From: Cirrosporium novae-zelandiae
Lineage: Eukaryota
DNA: 64,000 bases
Assembly (NCBI GenBank): GCA_026023565.1
Contig: JAPETS010000017.1
Span: 558,001-622,000 of the forward strand
Reading direction: 5' to 3'
How positions within the stretch are numbered: position 1 is the first letter of the stretch; every line of letters starts with the position of its first letter. Below the pieces are notes generated by a model. That model did not search any database. It was not told the origin of the DNA and was given only the letters and a program-made list of their open reading frames with translations. This document shows, in pieces, positions 11,318 through 23,100 of the stretch. The position numbers were made by a program, and so were the translations under genes.

Positions 11318-13828
11318 TTACTTAGCTGTTCTCGCAATAAACGGATGCTTCAGTGCTTCCGCCGGTGTACACCTCTTCTCTGGATTGAGCGCTAAGCACC
11401 GATCTAACAGATCTGCAAAAAGAGCCAATTCCTTTATCTCGTTATCCTTCAAGCCTTTCGCGCCACCACTTCCCATCAGCCTGCTTCTTAGATCCCTGCC
11501 CTGCTTCGGTTTTATGAAATTCATCATCTTGACAACATCTTTACCAGTCAGGGAATCCTTTTCAACACTACGGAAGTTGAGGAGGTCATCGAAATGCAGA
11601 GGTGCAAATTGTGCCTTACGGAGCATTTTATGGGAGAGCTTGCCGCGGCATTCTATTATTGCGCGGAGCATTTGATTGTTGGTGCGGCCAGTGAAGAGGA
11701 TTTTGCCGGTGTAGAGTTCAAACAGTGTGCAGCCAATGGACCACATGTCGATGGCGAAGTCGTAGGGCATTCCTAAAATGATTTCAGGGGCACGGTAAAA
11801 ACGTGATACAAGGTACTGTGTGATTTCATTCTCCGAAGCATCGGACGCGGAGCCTAAATCGCAGATCTTCAACACGTTACGAAACTCATTGACGAGGATA
11901 TTGTCAGGTTTAAGGTCTGCATGGAGGATTTTGCATTTACGGAGCAAGGATAGCCCAAGGAACATTTGTTGGGCATAGGCACGCACAGCCTTTAGGTTGA
12001 TTCCGATGTCACGACCGAATTTCTTGAGGACTTCACGGAGGTTGATACTCAGGTTTTCAAAGACCATGCAAAGATGGCCTTTGTGGTCGAAGTGACGCTC
12101 GAGGCGGACGATATGCTTTTTGTCTTCGGGATCTGCGTCGCATAAATTTTGCAAGATCTCGATTTCTTTCATGCCCGCTTTGCGCATAGTTTCGTTGTTG
12201 CGAATTAATTTTATAGCTACTAGCTTGTTGCTTTTAGAATCCAGTGCTCGCACAACTCCGGAGAACATTCCTTTGCCTAGGTTAGCTTGAACGCGATAAC
12301 GACTATCGAGCTGCTCCCCCAGCATGACCTTGTAGTAGCCATCTGGATCATCCCAATTGTCAAGCATTGTAAGGTCTAACTCTGTTGCCTTTGAAGCCGG
12401 ACCTGCTTTGTTGTTTTCTGTCTTTCTGGGTTTGGAGGGTTCGTCGGCGAACATATCATCGTCATCTTCAGCGAACATATCATCAGGATCTTTTTCTTCT
12501 ATAGCTTCAGTTGCATCATTAGGGGCATCTGGCATAACAACATCCTGCGAAGGTTCTTTGGTCTCATCGTATGCCGTGGCAGACACTTCCTCGCCCGTTT
12601 GACGCTGCCCCTGCTTCATTCTATCTTCCTGCATATCCATGGTCGGATCGTAGTCGGCCGCAGATGGTCCATCATCTCCAGAGGTAAGCACCGCTTCCGC
12701 GTTAATGTTAGCAAGATCTTCATCTTTAGCTACTGTGAATGCATTGGGTGATTCTTGGCCAGAGCTATCTTTGGGGGTTTTGGGCGTGCTTGATGGAGAC
12801 ACTATGCGAACTTGACTCAGTACCATTGGAGCTAGATTTAAAGAGGGCGGCTGACCTGATCTTGGAACTTGGCTTGATTGACCCTCCGATCTAGGAGTTG
12901 ATGGCTGGGAATCATTCCCAGGCTGTAAAGCTTGAACGAGCAGTGGCGTAGCTTGATTCTTATACTTAGCTTTGATTGCCTCACGTCGCTTTCGACGTTC
13001 TTCGATCAAGGCAGCCTCATCAACAAGAGTAGCCGGGGCTGTTGCCTTTTGCGCACCATTATCTTTAGTGGCAGTGTTTGCTGAAGTACTACCACAGAGT
13101 CTGTCAGAAAGCAGTAGAGCCAAGAGGAATGATGCGTACCCATTTGCATTTTCCCGAGAAACGTTTGCAGCGGAGCCTTCCTGTAGTATCTGAATTTGAG
13201 GATTCTCAGCATCTGGTTTGGATAATCGAGCGACAGCTGGGGGTGTGCCCCGTGCGCTCACTAACTGTTCTGTAGACCGCTTTCCATCAACACTTCCATA
13301 CCTATCCTCATCTCGATAATCACCCTTCCATCTATCTGATCTGTCGCGTGTGCTCTTTGAGTCAGGCCGAAAAGAATTCTCCGCTCTACGAGGATGACGG
13401 TATGGAGACCGGCTCCTTGTTCTTGCGCGTTTATCTATATATCGATGAGAATTCTCTCGGTCATCATATCGTAAGTAAGAGTCGGTAATGTCTCCTCGAT
13501 CTAGGTCTGCGTATGGAGCCCAAGGTCTGCGTCTGTCTTCCCTGTTGCGGCTTTCGTAACGGACGGAGAAGCGTCGAGGGTCTCCATGGCTGCGATCATG
13601 TCGGTCATCACCCTCCCATCGGCGTTTTTCGCCTCGGGGCACTCGATATGGGGAACGAGACCCGGATCGGCGCGAGTAGGAGACGGATGTGGGAGATTTC
13701 GAGACTGAACGATCTCTGGATGGAGGGTCAACTTTTGCAGTAGCAGAAGGCAGCGACGTAGTTGCCTTCTCTGAATCAGATTCAATTATCTCGCCTTCAG
13801 AAGGTGTTGATGGTGACCGTAAACTCAT
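11318..13828 (-). CDS. PRP4: Serine/threonine kinase PRP4 (pre-mRNA splicing kinase); probable introns 13139-13089 and 12855-12802
   Basis: RS/RD-rich N-terminus, DNWDDPDGYY, GKGMFSGV, HADLKPDN, CDLGSA and YLVSRFYRAPE. Confidence 0.93.
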   Translation of the reverse strand: MSLRSPSTPSEGEIIESDSEKATTSLPSATAKVDPPSRDRSVSKSPTSVSYSRRSGSRSPYRVPRGEKRRWEGDDRHDRSHGDPRRFSVRYESRNREDRRRPWAPYADLDRGDITDSYLRYDDRENSHRYIDKRARTRSRSPYRHPRRAENSFRPDSKSTRDRSDRWKGDYRDEDRYGSVDGKRSTEQLVSARGTPPAVARLSKPDAENPQIQILQEGSAANVSRENANGYASFLLALLLSDRLCGSTSANTATKDNGAQKATAPATLVDEAALIEERRKRREAIKAKYKNQATPLLVQALQPGNDSQPSTPRSEGQSSQVPRSGQPPSLNLAPMVLSQVRIVSPSSTPKTPKDSSGQESPNAFTVAKDEDLANINAEAVLTSGDDGPSAADYDPTMDMQEDRMKQGQRQTGEEVSATAYDETKEPSQDVVMPDAPNDATEAIEEKDPDDMFAEDDDDMFADEPSKPRKTENNKAGPASKATELDLTMLDNWDDPDGYYKVMLGEQLDSRYRVQANLGKGMFSGVVRALDSKSNKLVAIKLIRNNETMRKAGMKEIEILQNLCDADPEDKKHIVRLERHFDHKGHLCMVFENLSINLREVLKKFGRDIGINLKAVRAYAQQMFLGLSLLRKCKILHADLKPDNILVNEFRNVLKICDLGSASDASENEITQYLVSRFYRAPEIILGMPYDFAIDMWSIGCTLFELYTGKILFTGRTNNQMLRAIIECRGKLSHKMLRKAQFAPLHFDDLLNFRSVEKDSLTGKDVVKMMNFIKPKQGRDLRSRLMGSGGAKGLKDNEIKELALFADLLDRCLALNPEKRCTPAEALKHPFIARTAK

Positions 13829-14343
13829 ATTGAGCAAATGGCGAAGGCCAAATTCTGTACAGAATGACCGAGAGCCTTCAAATAGTCGCGTTAGCAATGG
13901 AATGATGACGAGATAAGCCTATGAAGATGGCCAACCAGCTCAACGTCCTCCTCTGGTTATTGCGATTTATAAAACTCACAATGAGGGGGTGTTCGCAGTA
14001 AGTAAGATAATGAAATGGTGAAATGAAGAAGTCAAGGTGGAGAGTGAGGTCAAGATAACAGGTTCATGAGGGCATTAAGATGGATGGATCCCATCCGTAG
14101 TGAGGTGCTTATTGAGACAAGGAAGAAGTTCTGTTATTAGGTAAAGAGCGCTATACCACATAGAGATGTCGGTTGATTAGATTGCGGGGTTGGAATATCT
14201 ATCCCACCGACACATCATTTCCAAACTGAAGACTGCCTACCAAGCGTATCAAGTTTACAGATTCAACCACTCACCACTTTTCTTGCAAAAGTCCCTCGCT
14301 CTTTCCGTTTGAGACCTAGTCGAATTATCCTCTGAGATTCATT

Positions 14344-14662
14344 ATGGGTGGACAAGGTAGAGAAGGTAAGGCCCACGATCTGTAAGTGGTACTATGAATC
14401 CTAGTGCTCATATTTTATAACAGGTGGTAAAGCTAAGCCGCTCAAGGCCCCAAAGAAGGAGAAGAAAGAACTCGATGAAGATGAACTGGCATTTAAGAAG
14501 AAGCAGCAGGCTGGTCAGTTAAATCGTTCTATCATCGTTTGAGTATCCGGCTGACTCAACTATTTAGATGCAAAGGCCCGGAAAGAAATGGCAGAGAAGG
14601 CAAAGGGCAAGGGCCCTATGAATGCCTCGAGCCACGGTATCAAGCACTCTGGGAAGAAATAA
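14344..14662 (+). CDS. TMA7: Translation machinery-associated protein 7 (3 exons; absent from the ORF track)
   Basis: Spliced product MGGQGREGGKAKPLKAPKKEKKELDEDELAFKKKQQADAKARKEMAEKAKGKGPMNASSHGIKHSGKK, with two GT-AG introns. Confidence 0.92.
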
Positions 14663-17129
14663 GATCTTCATGTGACTGGACACACCACATTAGGCGTTGG
14701 ACGAATGATAATTCTATAGGTCTTGGGTATCATAGATGCAAAGCCTTAGTGACAGATATTTCACATACCACACGGTTAAATAGATACTACAAGATTAAGG
14801 GTCAAATTTTATTTTATAAACAAATATATTTTGTCTTGAACGATACTAATATTAAATGCTATAATGGCCTATCTTCAATTCCTATCATCATTTAAATCCC
14901 GAACTAAATATGCTGCAATAAATATCTACCTTATCACTTGTTATGGTATCTGATAGTGTATAAAAGACTGAATTATGCTTCGCCATTTCACAGTTAGCAT
15001 AATCTTAAACATCCCATAAACAAGCATATCGAGTTCTCTTCTTAATACGAGGTGGTATTACTAGATTAACTACTCTTTATATAGTTAAGCGTAATTTCGT
15101 AGGTTGTTTGTTTCTCATTATATGAGACCAGTATCGTTAATGGATCAGTGTGTACTAGCTTCTTAGATCACATTGATGTGCAGATATTAAAACAACGGTG
15201 GAAATCATAGCTTACAATACCAGATAGATCATTGAGAGCTATAGTAAAGTATTGTTTTATTCCTCATTATGCCTCAAAAAGGTAAAGCTGTAGATGCCTA
15301 CGGGAACAATTATGGGTCACATTTCGAAGCATGCTATCCTAAATTGATATCTCGAAGATAAAACCGATGGACGAAACTAGATAAAAGAAAATAGGATATC
15401 AGTTATATCATAAAATAACTTCGTTTTAGACTACAGGCTAGGAAGTTAGGTAGTTGGAGGAGAATTATCGAAAAAGTTATCAGCTATTTCGTTGGTTATA
15501 GAAACAGGCCACACACAGCGTGGATCCGTTTGGTAGCAATAATTCAAGCATGTTTGTGCTGATATAGAGACTTTAATACGCTGTGCTAGGCCATTTACTA
15601 CCTTCAGCACTTTTTAACATATGTTCCACGGTCCAGAAGAAGATTTTGGAGCAGGTTTGTACTTGCCATTTTCCTCCATACCTAAGATCTGCAGGTTTCC
15701 TTTTTGCAGGTGAAATGTGGAAGAGCAAATGCAACTTTGCTTGGTCTGTCAAAAACGAAAAATCAGATAGAACTCTTTGTTCTAAGGAACCATAAAATAC
15801 AGGCAATCAATATTTCAAAATATGCAAACAAAAAAGATTGAAGTTTCGATGATAGTGAAGGAGCCACCTACTCTCTGATATCCGGATGCCTTAAACCTGA
15901 GGCATAAACGGGACAAGGCTACACTTTCTTCTAAAGCACACACACTTCAGCTGCAAATTCATCAATGCGTTTTCTTGTGAAGCAAACACTGGAGCGAGGA
16001 GAAATTAGAATCAAAGTTTAGGCGAATGAGTGATGACCCAACAGATTTTGTAAATTTAAGGAGAAGACCAAAAGACAAGGCAGCCAATCTCTAGCCCCTT
16101 TCCTAGGCCGTGAGTAGTGAGGCTGACGACATTAAAGTAAAACGGGATAGGCTCAAAGGCATCTACAAGCGAGGTCAATAGTCAACCAAAGATAAGTCGA
16201 GGCATTAGTGACAGCGTAAGGCTGGAGCTGAAGCAAGCAAGGGTTACAAGGCAAGATGTCGGCGTTCACTGGACTTGATGCAGGAAGGAAGCTGTAACTT
16301 GGAATTTTTGAGTCTCGGATAGTAGCCGATCTTATCAAGCAAGTAGGACATGTACAGTTAGTTAGGGGTCATGTCAAGGCAACATTTAGATTGCTATGTT
16401 AGAGATATGGTTCTTTCACGAACTATGTTCTCGACAAAATGGGATGAAAGAAATAATCTGTTACAAGCGCCGTTTGATGTAGGCGCTGACGAATTGGTTT
16501 GATTCGACCACTCCGTCTCGGCTGCTGATGGCGAGGCGCTGGGAACCCTCTATAGACATTGTCCCCATAATCCTATGTACAAATTTTGCAGAAGCGCCGG
16601 CGCAACAAGTTCACCACCTCGAAACAATAACCAAATTCCCATGGGGTATAATAAACGAAGAAAAAGCGAGTGTAGACGAACTCCTCATGATGCCATAATA
16701 ATAATAATCCTGTTCAGGTATTGGGAGATCACCAGCACCTTTATTGCACACCCCCGAGCTCCAGATATTGTCATATGCAAAATCAAAGTGCCAAACCGGA
16801 AGTTAAACCACGGGAAACATCCTCCGCAAATACAATCAAATTCCCGCCAAGAAAACCAGAACCAGAAATATCCACACTTTTGTTCCACACTTTGGGAATA
16901 ACGAAACTAGGCCAAGGCCATATCAGAATCCATGGGAAAACGCCGCGAGTCGTTCTATCCGGTAAAATAACCATATGGACCCACGGGCAGTGGGCCTCCA
17001 CGTATGTTTTTAGGCCGAAAATGCAAAAAAAAAAAGAAAATATTATAACGGTCGTAATCATGTCTGCGTAATTGTTCTTCGAGCCAAAGGAACAAGCAAG
17101 AAAGGCAGGGAACCAAGATCGTCGAACTT

Positions 17130-18467
17130 TTAATACACATGAACTGCTGGAAGCAAGGGCGAAGCAGTCATTGGTTTGTCACCCATGTCGTTAAGAGGGA
17201 TGACACCTCCATAGAAATTGAATTGTTGGTTGGAATTAAAGAACTCGGCCTCCGGGTTCGTGCAACTATCAGATAGAGACGAGGACGAGGATGTCGAAGA
17301 AACGGTTGAGAGGTCAGAACCATGGTCTGATAGAGATGATCTGGAAGAACAAGTCGATTGCGAAGACCGTGATGAATAAGCCGTTGAGGCTTCAAACGTA
17401 TTGCAGGGGAAAATTTGCGAGCCTGAAAGTGGTGCGAACTGAGGTACCATGGGCATATAGGATTGGATCGCGGCCTCCCTAGCGAAATCGGGGCTCTGGC
17501 AGGGTGAAGGAGGCAAGGCATTGGAGCGAGTAGTGAACTGAGAGCACTGGTGGACCAGCGTCCTCAACTCGGTTAGGGATATTCTCTTCCTGGGATCACA
17601 TTCGAAAATCCTACGAAGGATAGAATCTAGCTCAGGAGAAAGAGGTAGAATTGACCTAAGAAACTGTTGATCCTTGAGATAGGCTCGGAAAGTAGAATCT
17701 TCTGGAGAGGCCCTCTTCCAAGGATTACGGCCGCAAGTTAAATTTACTAATATAACGCCGAGGCTCCAGACGTCGTTGGCGACAGAAGAGTAAGAGGCAT
17801 ATGGGTTCGGGTTTGACTGTTGGCATTCTGCAGTCTCGTCAGTAAACATCTATGTCAAGATGGAATGGAGAGCATTACCTGGTGACATGTAAAAGGTAGA
17901 CCCGCAACCGAAGTCTGAGGTCAACTTATCTGTTGTAGCAAGGCCGAAATCTGCCAACTTGGCGGTCATGCCCCCGTCGGTGACGAGGATGTTCTCTGGC
18001 TTGAGATCCCGGTGATAAATACCAATGGAATGGCAATAATCCACAGCATCGAGAATTTGAAGGAAAATGTGTTTGGCAAGATAATCATTCCCAACATAAT
18101 GGCCATGTTCAGTGATATTGGAAAAGAGATCACCTTCGGGACAGTACTCCATAACGCAAAATGTACAATCAACAGAATCCATTATCCTCTCCAAAGAAAC
18201 AACATTGGGATGCCAGCTGGCCATATGGTGTAGCTTGATTTCACGTTGCTGGAACTTCCTTTGCCTTGAGTCAAGGCCAAGTTTGTTGAGCGCTTTTACC
18301 GCGTAGAGACGGTTCGTCTCAATGTCGACGGCCAAATAAACGGTTCCATATGCTCCCACTCCAAGTATGCTGGTCAACTCTAGCCGGTTCGCTAAAAGTA
18401 GTCCTAATCGATCCTCTGGGGCGCAACAGCCAACAAGGGAAGGGGAAAGTGGTGGTGTGGGAAGCAT
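17130..18467 (-). CDS. Ran1/Pat1-like (Sks1/Vhs1 group) Ser/Thr protein kinase (intron 17878-17828)
   Basis: GVGAYG, AVKAL, HRDLKPEN, DFGLAT, GCGSTFYMSP|ECQ and DVWSLGVILVNLTCGRNPW; Ser-rich tail. Confidence 0.92.
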
Positions 18468-20127
18468 AATGGATAAGTTGGGCAAGAGAAGGAATTCTCC
18501 ACTGCCAAAGTCTGGGGGATCAGAGCTCAGGCAGAGAGAAAGAAAAGCTCTTCAGGACTGAGTGAGGCTGGCCAGTTTGGATTGATTGATAACTGTTGCT
18601 AGCGCTTGCTGGAGACCAAATGAATATATTCCAAGGATTGACGGCGCAATATAAAGGAAAGATGTATAAAGCCGAGACAGTTGATGGAATAATATCACAA
18701 GAGTCAGTTAAGGGAATGGTGGTGTTTGATGTGAAGAGACAGAGCAGACGAAGTGAATATAGAGAGTATATGTAAAGTGGCTATGATGGCAAATGATGGC
18801 AGTCGCAATCCCAAAGCAAGTGAAGGCGATATTATCAGAGTATATTTGGTGGTGGGGTGGGATGGGCGAAGCGGGATGATGTATAGGTCAGGTAAAGGCA
18901 CTTGAAGGTCGGCTGGAACACGAGGGACCTGAGTGGTTGAGTGAGATTTCAAAAAGGGCATGTACTCAAGTAGATTAAACGGTTGCCAGGCGCATCGGTC
19001 TAGAAATATTAAAAGAAGAAAGTATCAAGGGAAATGGCAGGGATAATCTAGTTAATTACGAATGGGTCTATGAATGGATGGTAAGTTAAGTTCGAAGTAA
19101 GTCAAGGCTGGACTTGTTAGAGATGGATGGATGGAATGGTTGGACTTTGGGTGGTGGATGCAGATTGTGGTGGGATTGGGGGGGGGGGGGAAGATGCAAG
19201 AGGAGGCGGAGAGGCTAAAGGCGAAAAAAAGGAGCCGTGGGGAGCTTTGAAGGAGACCTAAAGGACCTAAGAAGCTCCCGGAGATGGCTACAAGCTGGCT
19301 ACGAGCTGGCCCTGCTATACAGAGTGACCTTAAAGAAGGAGTGGCAGGCTGGCTAAGAAAAGCCTACCGGGATAAACGTGGACCGGTGAGTGACCAGGAT
19401 TTGGAGTGAAATGGTGAATATGGTGAAATGGCGTTCTCGAAGTAAAAGGTATTTTTCTAAAGCCTACAAGGAACTATCATGGCCGGAGTAAGACATGGGG
19501 CAAAACCTATTGCTGAGGCGTCGGCCGTGTTAGGAGGGACCAGTTTCTGACCTATGAGATTTGAGGCTACGGAGCAAAGAAAATAAGAAGAAGCGTATGA
19601 CGCGACCGATGCAAGTTTAGCTCGACTGGGGATTAGGCTGTCAAAGGAGGCATGGAGAGGCAAAGATCATAGAAAACCATATCCCGATATGGGTTAATGG
19701 CTGGTAATTGGTAAGTCAGACAATAAAACCGACTCGAAGAAGGCTGTCCTACAGAAACTAAAAAGTCAGTCAGAGGTGATGGATGCATTCAAGGTGAAAG
19801 GGCGAAAAGGCAAAAAGGCGAATGGCTTTTCAAGGTTCCAGGACCAACAAAACAAGCTTGAAGAAGAAGGGAAAGCGGCTTGCATGTGTATGCGTGTGCA
19901 CCATGCCGCCGAAAAGCAACAAGGCAGTCAAAGTAAAGGCTATGGGAATGTAGTGGGGGGACGATCCAATTACCAGTCAGATTACAAGGAAAGTGAAAGG
20001 GACACTAAAGGAAGAAAAACCTAGCTAAAAGGAAGACTAAGACTCAGGAGACTAAGGAAACGTGTACTAAGACAAGGCCCCAGCGGACCCTAGCGGCTAA
20101 GGTGGGTTGACTCTGTTTTTTTTTGTC

Positions 20128-20173
20128 ACTCTGCCTCTGTCTCTGTCTCTGTCACTGTCTCTGTCACTCTCAC
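20128..20173. repeat. Imperfect hexamer microsatellite (CTCTGT)n
   Basis: cactctgcctctgtctctgtctctgtcactgtctctgtcactctcac. Confidence 0.7.
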
Positions 20174-23100
20174 TAGGTTAAACTACTAAGGTAAGAAAAG
20201 AAAACAAGAACCAAATAAGAACTCTGGGCAATTATCTATTTGTTAATAGTTGCTAATAGTAGCTATGCACATAGTTAATGCTGGAAGCCTCGGCAGTGAA
20301 CTCTGTGTGAACTGGATAACAAGACTCACTCAGTAACTAAACTTAAGTAAAAGCCAGGACTTTCTAAGAGCAGACTCAGTAAATAATAGGGTGCTTATGA
20401 TTTATTAAGGCGCTGACCAGGTAATGTTAATTTCATTAATATTTGGTTTTTGGTATTGCTGGTTCTTGTTCTTGTTAGTGGCGGTATTTGCCAAGCGAAC
20501 TCAGGATTTAGGACTGAGCACACAAAGAAACAGTGGTTGGGCAAATAAAAAAATTAGAAAAAATAGAAAAATAAAACATTTAGCACCATACAAATGAAAT
20601 AGAAAGTAATGTACTGTACAACCCATTTACGTTGGTATTTGCCATTGCATACTTTGAGTACATTGCATACACACCTACTTCCCTCCCCCCCATTCATTAT
20701 TCATCCCACTATCGTAATAGATGGGTTTTGCTCCCTGTTCCCAGCCGCCGACGCCAAACTTAACTTAGACAGAAACACCAAACACACCAGACGATGCAGG
20801 AAAAGTCTCGTATTATTGCACCCTACCTAGTAACCACCTCAACAATGGAGATGCATCCACTTATCTCTCATCCATTCATATCCACCCAATTTGCTTCACC
20901 CCAACAGATGGTGACGGTACTCTTACATCCTAATTCTTAAACGACTGATGACTGGATGTTTCCAAATACAGCTCCATCGAAAAGAGCATGGATTCATAGC
21001 ATGATGATTATCGATAACTTGCTGATAGCAAGGAGTTGTGCACAGTTAGCTTTTTGGTCAATGCCTCCAAGCCCCATTGTCTGTATCTGCTTGTGACCCT
21101 GGATCTTTGCCTGGCACGCCTGGTTGACTTGTCATCCCTCATCTACCACTGTATGGACTTAGCCAAAATGCTGAGCGCAATTTAGATGCCTTGTCACCCA
21201 ATCATGTTGCTGCTTGATGCATGTTCAACAATCAAGGTGGCAAGTTCCACCCACACAAATTCCTTCCAGGCGTTGTACAGCCTTACCTCCCTGTCTGAAG
21301 GCTCTGCTGATTTCTGGCCCTACAATCAACTACCTACACCATACCCCGTATCAGAGCAAGACTACCGTACAAGACGACTTGATGAGTACAGTACTCGCTG
21401 TTACTGCTTGCGCCCTTGAGCCTAGCCACTTAATTAATCCATCAAAATGCGGCCGTAGTATTCCACGTACGCCTGGATGCGGATATCAAAGGATGATGAC
21501 AACTTTAGCCAGTACTGATTAGAGCGATTGTGGATAAATCAATACAGAGTGGATAACCTAGTAATAACACCTACTTTTTAGTACATGGTACATACGTCAA
21601 AGCAAAGACGAGATCCCATCTTTAGAAGACTCACTGTGATCTGCTGGGGCCATTTAGGCCATCTCAGCTCCCAAGATGGGCGTGATGGGGGTCATGGCTC
21701 GTGGCTGCTGACTACAATTCCCACCCTGAGATTGACATTAATTCAAATTATTCTTTCACCATTCATCTCCGACTGGCCCTCTTATCCCTACCAGTCATCA
21801 TTTCATGGGCCTCAACTTTCTTCAACTATTTCCCCCCCATAGAAGAACATGACAAGTCATGTTGTACGGTGCCTATCTTCCCAGATTAGATTTCTCTCAA
21901 TCGATGATCCATACTTCGCGCCGCTATACAAAGCATTGCCCAAGCATCAGGTACAACACATATTTCCATTTGCGCCCTAGTCAAATCATTGCCAATGATG
22001 GTCCGAGGGGTTTTGTTTAGATCCCATAAGTACAAGGTTAATTGTTAGCAGTCTACCGATAGTTCGATTCAATATTAATGTTTTAAATCCTTCTTAGTGT
22101 GGCATATTAAAACAGGGTTTCACGGAATCCGCGGCTCCGACATCATTCTTAGTATGAAGGACAAGTATTCGTAGGAGTGTTGCATCTATATTTGTATATG
22201 TCAAAATGACTATCATTTATAGAAAATTGGACATTTCTGTGTGTAGAAATAGGAAATAATTATAAGCACGTGCTGCAATTCTGTTGTACTGTACTATGAA
22301 GGTGTTCACTTTGTGATAAAGCTATTCTACTTTCCTGCAACACTAGCCGTTTCAGGTATATTACACGCTTTGATCCATCTATCCTTCAACCTTTTACGGC
22401 AGCCTTGTGTATCCTTCATAAGACAACACGGGCAAGCATCTACAAGCATCTATATTAATTATGAGGATTGCAGTCCTAGTAAAATTGTGAAGCTTCCAAA
22501 ATTGGACAATATTAATGCAACAGGTATCGGCGGACTCTAAACACAAGTTTGCAAGCATGCGATTTTTTTTAACATGCAGTAAAACAACTATGACGAGAGA
22601 TAGCCTTCATCCTACTACACACCTTCTAGCTTTAGCAATCATCATGTTTTGAATAGCATAGTGATGGTCAATGTACAAAGTGTTTTGCCTTCTGGATTGC
22701 CGAATGATATGGTTGTAACACTCGAATAATATTAATACGAGTAGAATATAACTCTCTCAAAATGACCATGGTAGAACGCTGGACTCATCTCGCGTTTTAA
22801 TCTTATCGAGGTGCTATTCTAATCTTCTAACTAAGAATCTCATTGGTCCTTGGAATTCCTACAGCTCAGGGTCCTCCCCTAGCCGCCCTTCGGTCCTGTT
22901 CTTGTCACAATTGACATCTGGAACATTCATTTACGCAACCACTTTGAGAGCAGGGTATCCCAAGGAATCCAACTTCTGGCTGACGTTTCGCCGAGTAACA
23001 TCCAAAGACCGAAACCATTCATCATGTGTGTGATCCCATGAAAAGCTATGATCTTCATGGGTTCCCTTGGTCCCATCGAGAGTTTGGTGTCGATCCGCGG

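Noticed and set aside
14900..16570. Intergenic stretch between TMA7 and the kinase 3' end with short ORFs
   Set aside because: No recognisable protein motif, RNA structure or repeat termini.
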